64,000 nucleotides of DNA. Source: Victivallales bacterium (GTDB taxonomy: Bacteria; Verrucomicrobiota; Lentisphaeria; Victivallales; UBA1829). How positions within the stretch are numbered: the stretch's first letter is position 1; each line of letters begins with the position of its first letter. This document shows positions 52,993-61,889 of this stretch, in pieces. A program made the position numbers and the translations under genes. Below the pieces are notes generated by a model. It was not told the origin of the DNA. It worked only from the letters and a program-made list of their open reading frames with translations, and searched no databases. The stretch covers positions 971-64,970 of the forward strand of contig JBGUKB010000038.1 of assembly GCA_045114235.1 (NCBI GenBank). The letters run 5' to 3'.

Positions 52993-53592
52993 ATGAGCCT
53001 GGTAGAAACAAAAAGGCTTCTCCTTCGTCCGTTTCGCGAAGACGACGCGGCGGATGTGCTGGAATATCTGAGCGGCCCGCTGCCGCACTGCTTCGCCGCC
53101 CTGAAGCTCGATACGCTTGACGAGGCGCGCGCGGAACTGGCAAAACGCTCCGAAGACACGGAATACTGCTTCGCCATCGTGCTGAAGGAATCCGGCAAGG
53201 TGATCGGGGAGATCGACGCTTCTCCGTCGACCTACAGGCCGCCCGTGCTGTGCTCGAAGGCGCCGATGCCGTCGCCGCCCCCGGATACCTTCAGCCCGAG
53301 CCTGATCCTGAATGCCGTGTACCAGGGGAGGGGGTTCGCATACGAAGCGACGTATGCCCTCTTCGATTATCTCTTCACGCGGAAGGGCGTGCGCCGCATT
53401 TTCGCCTACTCGGACGGATACAATGCGAAAAGCCAGCACCTTTGCGAAAAACTCGGCATGCGCCGCGAAGCGCAGTTCCTGGAATTCGTCTCGTTCGTCA
53501 CGGACGCCGAGGGAAATCCCGTCTATGAAAACACCTTTCAGTATGCCATCCTGAAAAAGGAATGGATGGCGAACCGGACGCGTCGGCAATAA
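52993..53592 (+). CDS. GNAT family N-acetyltransferase (RimJ/RimL-like)
   Basis: The N-terminus is TKRLLLRPFREDDAADV, with the acetyl-CoA region QGRGFAYEA. ATG at 52993, with GAGGAGGAA upstream. Confidence 0.75.
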   Translation: MSLVETKRLLLRPFREDDAADVLEYLSGPLPHCFAALKLDTLDEARAELAKRSEDTEYCFAIVLKESGKVIGEIDASPSTYRPPVLCSKAPMPSPPPDTFSPSLILNAVYQGRGFAYEATYALFDYLFTRKGVRRIFAYSDGYNAKSQHLCEKLGMRREAQFLEFVSFVTDAEGNPVYENTFQYAILKKEWMANRTRRQ

Positions 53593-53656
53593 GCGCGAAA
53601 AGTCCGGCGCCCGGTCGTCAAAACGCGCGCACAGGGGGGCGGGAATGATGGACAGC

Positions 53657-53696
53657 GAATCCGCAACAATCAAACGCGCGCGCGAATTTTTGCGGG
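53657..53696. repeat. Copy 2 of the 40-nt intergenic hairpin-capable element
   Basis: Sequence GAATCCGCAACAATCAAACGC-gcgcgcga-ATTTTTGCGGG. See copy 1 at 24594-24633. Confidence 0.7.
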
Positions 53697-53716
53697 AATG
53701 AGGTCGTTTCTTCCCG

Positions 53717-53749
53717 TTTCTGCACAATGATTCCGTCTTTCTGCACAAT
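53717..53749. repeat. Direct repeat TTTCTGCACAAT x2, 21 bp apart
   Basis: The copies lie at 53717-53728 and 53738-53749. Both are preceded by CCGT/CGTC. They sit in convergent intergenic DNA. Confidence 0.6.
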
Positions 53750-53853
53750 TCCGCTTGAAAAATGGGCAGAATCGGGGGGGGTATCAGGCAGAAAGCCGAT
53801 GGTCCCCCTGATGCGGCATCATCATATCCTGACGGCGGCGTGCCGGTCATTCT

Positions 53854-55677
53854 TCATTCCTTAGGGAAGAAATTCCATTCTTCTTCCTTTTCCTCAATGG
53901 CGGAATCCGCAGCGATCCCCAGGCGGGGGCGTGCGTCCAGCAGAACGCGCTGCGACTGCGAGCGCACTTTGGGGTTCACGGTGTTCAGGCGGTCCCGTGT
54001 TTCCCGATCCAGCGATTTGCAGCCGTAAAAGGCGCCATTCCGGATGGTTTTCAGGCTGTCCGGGAATGTCACGTGTTTCAGGTTGGTGCACATCTCGAAA
54101 GCGCCGGAACGGATTTCTTTTACGCTCGGGGGGATCGTAAGTTCGGTCAAGCCGGAGCAGAACATAAACGTCCCGTCGCCGATGTACGTGACGCTCGGGG
54201 AAATCACGAGTTCGGTCAAGCCGGAGCAGTTCGCAAACGCCCTGTCGCCGATGTGCGTGACGTTCGGAGGAATCGCGAGCGTGCCTGTCAGTCCACTGCA
54301 GCCGGAAAAGGCGTCAATATAGATTGTCTGCAGAGAGTCCGGCAATTCCAGGCGTTTCAGTCCGGTGCACCCCGCAAACGCCCTCGTGCCGATTTCCTCA
54401 AGGCTTTCCGGCAGACGGATTCCCGTGATGCCGTCGCATTTCTCGAAGGCAAACACCCGGATGATCTTCACATCCGGGGCGACCACGCATGGGCCATCCG
54501 GCGGCGATACGCAGGAAATGAGTTCGGAACCGTCCTTCGAGTAAAGGATCCCGTCCTCGAAGCGGAAGATGGGATGATCGTCCGGCACGGCGAGGGCACA
54601 GCGGGTCCCGGTGAAAGCTCCGCCGGAGATGTATTGAAGTCGTTTGCCGAGCGTGAGGGGCGGCAGGCTGCGGCAGCCTTCGAACGCGCGAAATCCTATG
54701 CTGATCACGCTGTCCGGGAGGTTGAATTCGGACAGGTTGGTGCAATAGATGAATGCTTTCTCTTCGATTCGTTCGATTCCGTCCGGGAGCGTGACTTTTT
54801 TCAATCCGGTGCAGTCGGCAAACATGTACCCGCTGACGCTCTGCGACGGAATGCCCAATTCCGCGAACATCCGGCGTTTTTCCTCCTCGGTCAACTGCCG
54901 CCCCATCCCCGCCGGGAGCCGGATTTCCTCAAGCGAGCGGCAGCTTTCGAATGCTTCCTGACCGATCCACTCCACGGAATCGGGAATGTCCACGGTCCGC
55001 AGCGCGGTACATCCTCTGAAAGCAACTTGTCCGATTACTTTTACCCCGTCCAGGATCACGGCCTCGCGCAGTCCGGTGCAGTTCCAGAACGAGAAGTTGC
55101 CGATCTTCTTCACGTTTCCCGGAATCACGATTCTGCGCAGACTGCGACATCCGACGAACGCGTGGTCGCCTATCTGTTCCACGGAGCCGGGAATGACGAT
55201 ATCCGTCAATTTTTCGCAGTACGCAAACGCGGTTTTACCGATCTTCTTCACGCTGCTCGGGATGGAGACGCTGCGGAGGTCGTCGCGGATACCGCTCTTG
55301 TAAAACGCTCCCTCGAGGATTTCCTCCGCGCCCTCGGGGATGATGCAGTGCCGGTAGCCCAGGTACGGGATGAGCCAGTTCCAATGCCATTTCCCGATCA
55401 GGACCGAACCGTGAATATACTCCCCCAGACGCGAACGCTGCGGGATCATGGTCTGGTCGACGACCTTTGTCCCCGCCGGGAGATGGATACGGCACACATA
55501 CATGTAATCCGTGAGCGCATGGAACAGCGCGACGGGAAGAAACAGCAGCAGGAAGACCAGAATGAACGGTTTCAGACGGCTGGCGAGCGATTCGCGCGGT
55601 GCATCGTCTTTCGCCGGGGTCGCGGCAAGCTCGGGTTGAGGTTTGTTCGGATCGGACATGGTACGCTCCCTGTTCAT
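53854..55677 (-). CDS. BspA-type leucine-rich-repeat (LRR_5) protein with an N-terminal membrane anchor
   Basis: About 23-aa repeats recur, for example IPSSVKKIGKTAFAYCEKLTDIV / IPGSVEQIGDHAFVGCRSLRRIV. The TM segment is PFILVFLLLFLPVALFHAL. The start forms an ATGA overlap with the upstream gene. Confidence 0.85.
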   Translation of the reverse strand: MNRERTMSDPNKPQPELAATPAKDDAPRESLASRLKPFILVFLLLFLPVALFHALTDYMYVCRIHLPAGTKVVDQTMIPQRSRLGEYIHGSVLIGKWHWNWLIPYLGYRHCIIPEGAEEILEGAFYKSGIRDDLRSVSIPSSVKKIGKTAFAYCEKLTDIVIPGSVEQIGDHAFVGCRSLRRIVIPGNVKKIGNFSFWNCTGLREAVILDGVKVIGQVAFRGCTALRTVDIPDSVEWIGQEAFESCRSLEEIRLPAGMGRQLTEEEKRRMFAELGIPSQSVSGYMFADCTGLKKVTLPDGIERIEEKAFIYCTNLSEFNLPDSVISIGFRAFEGCRSLPPLTLGKRLQYISGGAFTGTRCALAVPDDHPIFRFEDGILYSKDGSELISCVSPPDGPCVVAPDVKIIRVFAFEKCDGITGIRLPESLEEIGTRAFAGCTGLKRLELPDSLQTIYIDAFSGCSGLTGTLAIPPNVTHIGDRAFANCSGLTELVISPSVTYIGDGTFMFCSGLTELTIPPSVKEIRSGAFEMCTNLKHVTFPDSLKTIRNGAFYGCKSLDRETRDRLNTVNPKVRSQSQRVLLDARPRLGIAADSAIEEKEEEWNFFPKE

Positions 55678-56573
55678 TTTTTCGGCACGAGGACGGGACG
55701 GAACCCGTAAAAAGCCAGGCGGGGAAGGAGGCTTTTCCGGTAGCCGGACGGGCGTTGCAGGACCTTGCGGAACTTGAAAAAGTACACCAGCCGATTGAAG
55801 CTCCGGTTGACGGAATAGTGTTTCACAAGTATGGCGCCGCCGTCCGGGAATCGCAGGGTGAGCGGCCCTTTCTGTTCCCGGTCATACTGGATCACGGGCA
55901 ACAGAACCTCGCATGAAGATTTGACGAGAAATAATGGCGAGAACAGGAAGTCGCTTGCCCCTGAAGATAAATAATCCTCTTCGCTATTGTAGCGCTCTTT
56001 TTTCCGTTTTTCAATCAGCACGATCCCGACTTCCTGATCGTCTTTGCCGTACGGGATGCTGTATGTCGACGCCTTGACAAGCCCCGCAAAAGTCGAGCCG
56101 TAAACGATCCAGTTGTCGCGATCGTAGGCTGCATGATGCAGACGGCGGACATGATACAGATACTCCGTCGCCTGCTGGAAACACCGTATTCCGACCTGAA
56201 GCAGGACGATCGGAATCAGAAACGCAAATAAATCCCATCCGAACAGCGGTTTTTTCAGATAAAACAAAAGAAAATCAAGGAACCCGAGGATCATAAGTTC
56301 GATCACGAGGTTGTATATGACCGCGCAAAAAAAAGACAGACGATCGTACTCGGCATTGTTGCGAAGTTCCAGCTCCAGGCGGGACATGATCCTCAGCAGG
56401 ATGATGAAGATCCGGCGCGAGAGACAGACCAGGAAAAACACCGAGTAATAGAGCCAGCGTCCGTTCGAGGACGCCCGGACACAGATGAATGCGAGCGCAA
56501 GGATCAACGGCACTGCCACAAGCCAGAACGACCGGGACACCGATTTCCACGCTCTTTTCTCGTCGTTGCTCAT
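55674..56573 (-). CDS. Hypothetical polytopic membrane protein with a C-terminal soluble domain
   Basis: 299 aa from the ATG at 56573 (the track start at 56639 is a GTG lying inside hairpins). It has 4-5 TM segments. No family was recognised. GC content is clearly below the window average. Confidence 0.6.
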   Translation of the reverse strand: MSNDEKRAWKSVSRSFWLVAVPLILALAFICVRASSNGRWLYYSVFFLVCLSRRIFIILLRIMSRLELELRNNAEYDRLSFFCAVIYNLVIELMILGFLDFLLFYLKKPLFGWDLFAFLIPIVLLQVGIRCFQQATEYLYHVRRLHHAAYDRDNWIVYGSTFAGLVKASTYSIPYGKDDQEVGIVLIEKRKKERYNSEEDYLSSGASDFLFSPLFLVKSSCEVLLPVIQYDREQKGPLTLRFPDGGAILVKHYSVNRSFNRLVYFFKFRKVLQRPSGYRKSLLPRLAFYGFRPVLVPKK

Positions 56574-56723
56574 TTTTATCTCGTTTCCTTCGGAGGACAA
56601 GTCCTCCACTGCGGTTGTGCGCGGCTTTCGCTCGCGCACGTTTCCTTCGTTTGATTCGTATCTTTCCCCTAATATATATCCTCTATTTCGAAAAACAAAC
56701 AGGAACGATCATTTTTCGGTATG

Positions 56724-56759
56724 AAAAAGGCCGGGCCCCGAGGAAAACGGAGCCCGGCC
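56724..56759 (-). terminator. Strong Rho-independent terminator after the GH43 gene
   Basis: A 12-bp stem pairs GGCCGGGCUCCG with CGGGGCCCGGCC (one G-U pair) around the loop UUUUCCU, followed by UUUUUCAU. Confidence 0.7.
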
Positions 56760-56791
56760 GGAATCACAAGGCTGATTCGTTCAGCTTCGGA

Positions 56792-58573
56792 TCACTTGCT
56801 CTCGGGGGAGAGGTCGGTGCCGAGGCGGAAGTAGTCGACGTCGACGAAGCCGCCGGCTTCCTTCGTGGCGAAGTTGAAGATGCCGAAACGGTAGCCCATG
56901 AAGTGGGGCATGCTGTAGGGCATGTTGATGGCGTTGCCGATGCGCGTCCAGGTCTTGCCGTCGTTGCTGTAGTAGAAGAACGACTGGTCTTTTCTGCGGG
57001 CGTTGAGCTTGTATTCGTCTTCCGCGGGCGCGCCGACCGGGGCCACGTCGACTTCGACGCGGAGGTAGGCGATGTCACCGTCCAGCGGGACGGATGCGAT
57101 CTCGTTCATGGCCTGCTGCGGCTGCTGGGGCTGCTGTCCCTGCTGGGGGCCGCCGAAGCCGCCGGGACGTCCGCCGCGACCGCCGCGACCGCCGCCGACC
57201 GGGGTGCACATCACGATGGTCTTCTTGCCGTCGGCTTTCTTGACGCCGACGAAGCCCCACTGTGCCTGGAAGGAGGAGAGTCCGGCGTAGTCGCCGTCCT
57301 TCATGTTCTTGGTGTCGATCTTGATCTCGGCCGTGGAGGTCGGGCCAAAGGTGCGCTGGGTGAGGGTGTTTTTCGCCTTTTCAAGGGAGTTCACGACGTC
57401 GCCGGTCTTGAAGCGGATCCAGCCGGGGCGGTCCTTGAGGCTCCAGAGGGAGTTGACCGGGATGTGGTTCCACTGCCAGACGAGCGGGAGATCGCGGTCG
57501 CCGGACTTGCGGCTGAATTCGTCGCTGGCGACGACCTTCGGGATGGCGGGGTGCTTCACGTTGATCGGGAGCGCGGGCAGGGTCTTGCCGTCGCCGTCGG
57601 TGCCAATCATCGGCCAGCCGTCTTTCCAGGTCACGGGGACGAGGAACGGGATGCGTCCAACGCCGCCGCGGTCGCCGAAGAGCATGGCGTACCATTTCCC
57701 GTCGGGGGTATCGACGAGGCCGCCCTGGGCGATGCCTTCGCAGGAGTAGATCATTTTGGATTCATAGGGGCCTTCGATCTTGTCGGCGCGGGCGCAGAAG
57801 ACGCTGCGGACGTTCGGCCAGCCGATGTTGATCAGGTAGTACTTGCCGTCGATGATGTGCATCTGGGAGCCTTCGAGGAGGCTGCCGGTGTTTCCGGCGT
57901 CGCGGTTGGTGTCGGCGCGGGAGACGAGGACCTTGTTCTGGATGCGTCCGTTGGCGTCGACGCCGAGGCCGCCCTTCTTGACGGCGGTGAGGTCGGAGGT
58001 CAGCTCGACGATCTTGCGGTCGCCGCCGTCCCAGATGATGTAGTTGCGGCCGTCCTTGTCAAGCACGAGGGAGTGGTCGTGGAAGCGCGGGAGCGTGGCG
58101 ATGCGTTTCCAGTCGCCCTTCTTCGGGTCCTTGCTGGTCCAGATGTAGGTCTTGTTCGTGGGCTGGGAGAAGGAGGAGACGTAGAACGTGCCGTCCTTGT
58201 AGCGGATGCAGCTGGCCCAGGTGCCGTTGCCGTATTCGTCCCGGCCGTTGGAGAGCGTGAGGCGGTCTTTCACGTTCTGGGGCAGGTCGTCGTCCAACAG
58301 GTCGTCGTAGCAGTAGCTGACGATCTCCCAGTTCACCAGGTCCTTGGACATCATCACGGGCACGCCCGGGTTCATGTGCATGGTGGTGCTGGTCATGTAG
58401 TAGGTGTCGCCCACGCGGAGGACGGAGACGTCCGGGACGTCCGCCCAGATGATGGGGTTGAGGGGAGCCTGCTTGCCGTTGTCGGCGGCGGCCGCGGCGT
58501 CGTCGGCCGTGGCGCATGCCGCGGAGCAGCAGCAGACGGCGGCGAGAGCCAGAAGAGCGAAGGTGTGTTTCAT
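56792..58573 (-). CDS. GH43 beta-xylosidase/alpha-L-arabinofuranosidase-like enzyme with a C-terminal beta-sandwich domain
   Basis: The signal peptide is MKHTFALLALAAVCCCSAAC. NPIIWADVPDVSVLRVGDTYYMTSTTMHMNPGVPVMMSKDLVNWEIV is a GH43 signature. ATG at 58573. Confidence 0.85.
   Translation of the reverse strand: MKHTFALLALAAVCCCSAACATADDAAAAADNGKQAPLNPIIWADVPDVSVLRVGDTYYMTSTTMHMNPGVPVMMSKDLVNWEIVSYCYDDLLDDDLPQNVKDRLTLSNGRDEYGNGTWASCIRYKDGTFYVSSFSQPTNKTYIWTSKDPKKGDWKRIATLPRFHDHSLVLDKDGRNYIIWDGGDRKIVELTSDLTAVKKGGLGVDANGRIQNKVLVSRADTNRDAGNTGSLLEGSQMHIIDGKYYLINIGWPNVRSVFCARADKIEGPYESKMIYSCEGIAQGGLVDTPDGKWYAMLFGDRGGVGRIPFLVPVTWKDGWPMIGTDGDGKTLPALPINVKHPAIPKVVASDEFSRKSGDRDLPLVWQWNHIPVNSLWSLKDRPGWIRFKTGDVVNSLEKAKNTLTQRTFGPTSTAEIKIDTKNMKDGDYAGLSSFQAQWGFVGVKKADGKKTIVMCTPVGGGRGGRGGRPGGFGGPQQGQQPQQPQQAMNEIASVPLDGDIAYLRVEVDVAPVGAPAEDEYKLNARRKDQSFFYYSNDGKTWTRIGNAINMPYSMPHFMGYRFGIFNFATKEAGGFVDVDYFRLGTDLSPESK
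57113..57196 (-). repeat. RGG/Q-rich low-complexity insert inside the GH43 C-terminal domain
   Basis: It encodes GGGRGGRGGRPGGFGGPQQGQQPQQPQQ. Confidence 0.8.
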
Positions 58574-58742
58574 AGGAAAACCTTTCTTGCATTGTTGAGG
58601 TAAGGATTTGTGAAAAACCGAAACTAATTTTGAGAATAATATAATCTTCGTGCGCGGGAATGGTATGTTTGATTTGTTCAAAAAGATATACTATTTGCTC
58701 AAACTCCGTTCGAGGGAAAATGTGCCTAACGTTACATAAAGC

Positions 58743-58776
58743 GGTCCGAATTCCATTGATAAATGAAATTCGGACC
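58743..58776 (-). terminator. Hairpin after the GH31 gene
   Basis: GGTCCGAATT (58743-58752) pairs with AATTCGGACC (58767-58776). The U-tract on the minus strand is weak (GCUUUAUGU). Confidence 0.45.
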
Positions 58777-58790
58777 GGGCAATCGTGTTG

Positions 58791-61718
58791 TCAGAGCTTC
58801 ACGGAGACCTCGTTTCCGCTGTAGTTCACTGTCTTGCCTTCAGATATCTTGCCGTCGCGCACGATGGTCGCGCGGAACGTCTTGGTGCGCTCTCCGGTCG
58901 GATAGGAGCCCTTGCGCTTGCCGACCTTCAGTGTGGACGTGGCGTCGTCCCAGGAGAACGTGATGTCGGCGTATTCGCCCTTTTCGTAGGCGTAGGTCTC
59001 GTTGTCGTCCTCATGGAGCGTGAACGTGGCATTCTTGCCGGGGTAGACGCGGATTTCCATCGGGGCGGCGGTCTTCTGCGTGGCGTACTCGGTATCCTCG
59101 CCGTTGAACGGGATGATGCTGCCGGCCTTGATGAAGAACGGGAACTGGTCCATCGGGCAGGCGCGGCTGACGGTTTTGCCGCCGTCGATGAGCTCATTCG
59201 TGAAGAAGTCGTACCACTTCGCGCCGATCGGGAGATTGACGTCGACCGCCGCGTCGTTGTGGTCCGCGGAATACGTCTTCAGTTCGTCCGGGGTCCTCCA
59301 GCAGAGCTTGAGTTCACGCGTGTAGAGGTTCTGGTAGTAGTCGAGACGGAACTGGACCTTCTGGCCTTTCTTCAGCTCGATGTCGGTGGATTTGTAGCGG
59401 GCGTCCGCGGAATTCCAGTCCTCGACGACCAGCTTGCCGTCGAGCCAGAGGCGGAACCCGTCGTCGCCGGACACGCCGATCTCGTACTTGCCGTCCTCGG
59501 GCGCGGTGATGAAGCCGGTGAGGCGTGCGGAGAAGTGGTCGCCGTTGCGGAGACCTTCGGGCCATTCGACGAGGGGCGGTCCGGGCCAGGAGAGGTCGAC
59601 GACTTTTTCAACGGCTTCGCTGACCTTGCGGCGGAGGCGTTCGTCGTTGAAGTATTCGATCTTCACGCCGGGTTCGCCGTCGGGCGTGGTGAGCGCGGAG
59701 GCGTCGATGACCGGGGGCCGCGGACGCGAGGCCTGGCGCAGGGAACGCGTGATCGGCTGGACGAGCATGGACGGGCCGAACATGAACTGGGCTTCGTTCG
59801 TGGTGGCGCCGGGGGTGTCCGGGAAGTCCATGACGATCGGGCGGGTGATGGTGTAGTGGTCCTGCGTGGTCATCCATGCGAGGCTGTAGATGTAGGGCAT
59901 CATGCGGTAGCGCAGTTTCGCGCCGGAGAGATAGGAATTATAGGCCTCGGGCGCGATGTCCTTGAAGCGCCACGGCTCCTTGCTGAAGCCCGTGCCGTGC
60001 CAGCGGTAGACCGGGTTGAAGATCGCGAACTGGTTCCAGCGGGCGAGCAGCTCCTGATATTCGGGGTTGTCGATGCCGCGGAAGCCGCCGGAGAAGAACC
60101 CGCCTGTGTCCTGCGTCCAATAGGGCAGGCCGGAGAGCGAGGCGGAGAGGCCGCCGACGATGTCTTCCTTCAGGCGCGCCCAGCTGGAGGTGGTGTCGCC
60201 GGACCAGGAGAGGGCGGCATAGCGCTGCTGGCCGGCCCAGGCGGAACGCGTGAGCGTGAGGACGCGTTTGTCGGACGTGGCGCGCTGGCCTTCGTAGCAG
60301 CCCATGGTGGTCATGAGGGAATAGGAGTTCAGGTAGCGCGTGAAGTCGCCCATGGCGTTGATGCCGTTTTCCTTGATGTCGCGGATCATGTCGCGCTGGT
60401 TGTGGCAGGCGGAACGCGTCTCGACCTCGGTGCCGTCCATCCAGGTGGCGTCGACGCCGACGTCGAGGAGGCCCTTCTTGACGTGCTTGAAGTAGATTTC
60501 GCGGCCTTCCCGGCTGTAAGCGTCGTACACGCGGCCCTGGCGGATCCAGTGCGGCGGGTCGAACAGGAGATTCTTCGATTTCAGCTCGCGCCCGACGTCG
60601 CAGTCCAGGCCGACGGTCGGCCAGATGGAGATCAGGACCTTCGCGTGGAGGTCGTTGTGGATGGTGTCGCACATTGCCTTCGGATCGGGGTAGCGCTCCG
60701 GGTCCCAGGTCATGCTGGTCCAGTTGCCGTCGCGGTCGGTCCAGTACTGCCAGTCCTGCACAATGAAGTCGAGCGGATAGTGGTTCTGGCGGAAGGTCTC
60801 GACCATGCCGATCAGCTCCTTCTGGCTGCTGTAGCGCTCCTTGCTCATGAAGAAGCCGTACGCCTGGCGCGGGAACATCGGGGCGTCGCCGGTGAGCTCG
60901 CGGTACTGCGTGATGACGCCGTCAAGGTCCTTTCCTGTCATGAGGTAGTAGTCGACGCCCGCGGGCGCGCTTTCCGACCAGATGGACATGCCGTTCCGGT
61001 CGTCCTTGAAGATGGACTGCGAGCAGATGTCCCACAGGATGCCGTAGTCGTTGGACGAGGTGAGCACGTTCGAGTAGGCGGGGATGTTCGCCTGGACGAT
61101 GAGGATTTCCTGCCCGCGGTAGTTCAGGTAGGGACGGATCGCCTGGCCGAGGCCGTAGATCGCCTCGTCCGGCTGGAGCGTGAAGGTCTGCTTGACCTCG
61201 TACGTCGGGGCGTCGGAGATCGTGACTTCCTTGATCTCGGGGCGGACGCCGGACTTTTCGGCGAGGATGACCTTGCCGTCGGGACGTGTGAACGTCAGCG
61301 AGCCGGTGCTCTTCTCGACCTTGACCGTGATGGACGGCGAAGTGAACGTGGCGGAGTCGGCGGCGTCCTGCTTGAGCTTGAAATCCGCCTTGACGGGTTT
61401 CGCGATCACGGAGATGCTCGGGTGCTTCGCGTGGGAAATGCCGTTCAGGTTCGAGGTTACGCGGAGCGTCTGCCCCTTGTCGCCGTAGACCTCGATGTTT
61501 TTCGTGAGGTTTCCGGCCTTGATCTGAAGTCCGGCGTCGGTGGCCTTGTACTCGAACGCGTCGGCGGCGGATACGGCCCCCGCGGCGAGCGCGGCGAGCG
61601 CGCACAGGAACGCGGTCGTGTGGATGCGGACAAATCCGGGCATCGGAACATGCTGTTTGTTACGGAACGTCATACGGAATCTGGCTCCTTTCATGGAAAG
61701 ATGACTTGTTTTGAGCAT
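58791..61718 (-). CDS. GH31 alpha-glucosidase/alpha-xylosidase with an inserted PA14 domain
   Basis: The GH31 motifs are DATWMDGTE (nucleophile region) and WSGDTTSSW. The PA14-like block reads GVKIEYFNDE...FSARLTGFITAPEDGKYEIGVSGDDGFRLWLDGKLV. The start is ambiguous (ATGs at 61718, 61694 and 61673); the signal peptide follows M16. Confidence 0.85.
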   Translation of the reverse strand: MLKTSHLSMKGARFRMTFRNKQHVPMPGFVRIHTTAFLCALAALAAGAVSAADAFEYKATDAGLQIKAGNLTKNIEVYGDKGQTLRVTSNLNGISHAKHPSISVIAKPVKADFKLKQDAADSATFTSPSITVKVEKSTGSLTFTRPDGKVILAEKSGVRPEIKEVTISDAPTYEVKQTFTLQPDEAIYGLGQAIRPYLNYRGQEILIVQANIPAYSNVLTSSNDYGILWDICSQSIFKDDRNGMSIWSESAPAGVDYYLMTGKDLDGVITQYRELTGDAPMFPRQAYGFFMSKERYSSQKELIGMVETFRQNHYPLDFIVQDWQYWTDRDGNWTSMTWDPERYPDPKAMCDTIHNDLHAKVLISIWPTVGLDCDVGRELKSKNLLFDPPHWIRQGRVYDAYSREGREIYFKHVKKGLLDVGVDATWMDGTEVETRSACHNQRDMIRDIKENGINAMGDFTRYLNSYSLMTTMGCYEGQRATSDKRVLTLTRSAWAGQQRYAALSWSGDTTSSWARLKEDIVGGLSASLSGLPYWTQDTGGFFSGGFRGIDNPEYQELLARWNQFAIFNPVYRWHGTGFSKEPWRFKDIAPEAYNSYLSGAKLRYRMMPYIYSLAWMTTQDHYTITRPIVMDFPDTPGATTNEAQFMFGPSMLVQPITRSLRQASRPRPPVIDASALTTPDGEPGVKIEYFNDERLRRKVSEAVEKVVDLSWPGPPLVEWPEGLRNGDHFSARLTGFITAPEDGKYEIGVSGDDGFRLWLDGKLVVEDWNSADARYKSTDIELKKGQKVQFRLDYYQNLYTRELKLCWRTPDELKTYSADHNDAAVDVNLPIGAKWYDFFTNELIDGGKTVSRACPMDQFPFFIKAGSIIPFNGEDTEYATQKTAAPMEIRVYPGKNATFTLHEDDNETYAYEKGEYADITFSWDDATSTLKVGKRKGSYPTGERTKTFRATIVRDGKISEGKTVNYSGNEVSVKL

Positions 61719-61748
61719 GATATGAGTTGATGTTTTTTCGTTTGCATA

Positions 61749-61809
61749 ACCTTATCATGCGCCGAGAGTAAAGTCAAACGGATGTCCGTAATTATCCGTT
61801 ATTATCCGT
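61749..61809 (-). promoter_or_regulatory. GH31 promoter-like TTGACT-17-TAAGGT with adjacent TCCGT repeats/palindrome
   Basis: The palindrome ACGGA-TG-TCCGT lies at 61778-61789 and abuts the -35 (61777-61772). TTATCCGT is repeated at 61793-61800 and 61802-61809. Confidence 0.4.
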
Positions 61810-61843
61810 AAAAATCTCTGCCTGGAACGTTAAAAGAAACGTT

Positions 61844-61889
61844 AAAAAAGACGGCTCCGCCCAAAAACACGGAAAAGAGCGGAGCCGTC
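61844..61889 (-). terminator. Strong Rho-independent terminator with no protein gene upstream
   Basis: A perfect 11-bp stem pairs GACGGCUCCGC (61889-61879) with GCGGAGCCGUC (61860-61850) around an 18-nt loop, followed by UUUUUU (plus-strand A6 at 61844-61849). Confidence 0.7.

Noticed and set aside
53647-53703. 18-aa ORF MMDSESATIKRAREFLRE overlapping repeat copy 2. A similar peptide string, ESATIKRMHAFLRG, appears in the frame over copy 1.
   Set aside because: Conservation is at the DNA level and is equal in all frames. Copy 1 has no nearby start codon and lies antisense to the 5' region of a real gene. A nucleic-acid element is more parsimonious.
58785-61730. 981-aa + strand ORF opposite GH31. 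Similar cases are 56489..58603 +, 24800..27088 +, 30458..33973 +, 38637..41924 +, 42176..43732 +, 36575..38287 + and 20086..21327 +.
   Set aside because: All lie exactly antisense to genes with strong family signatures and show the same biased composition. They were treated as non-coding shadows.
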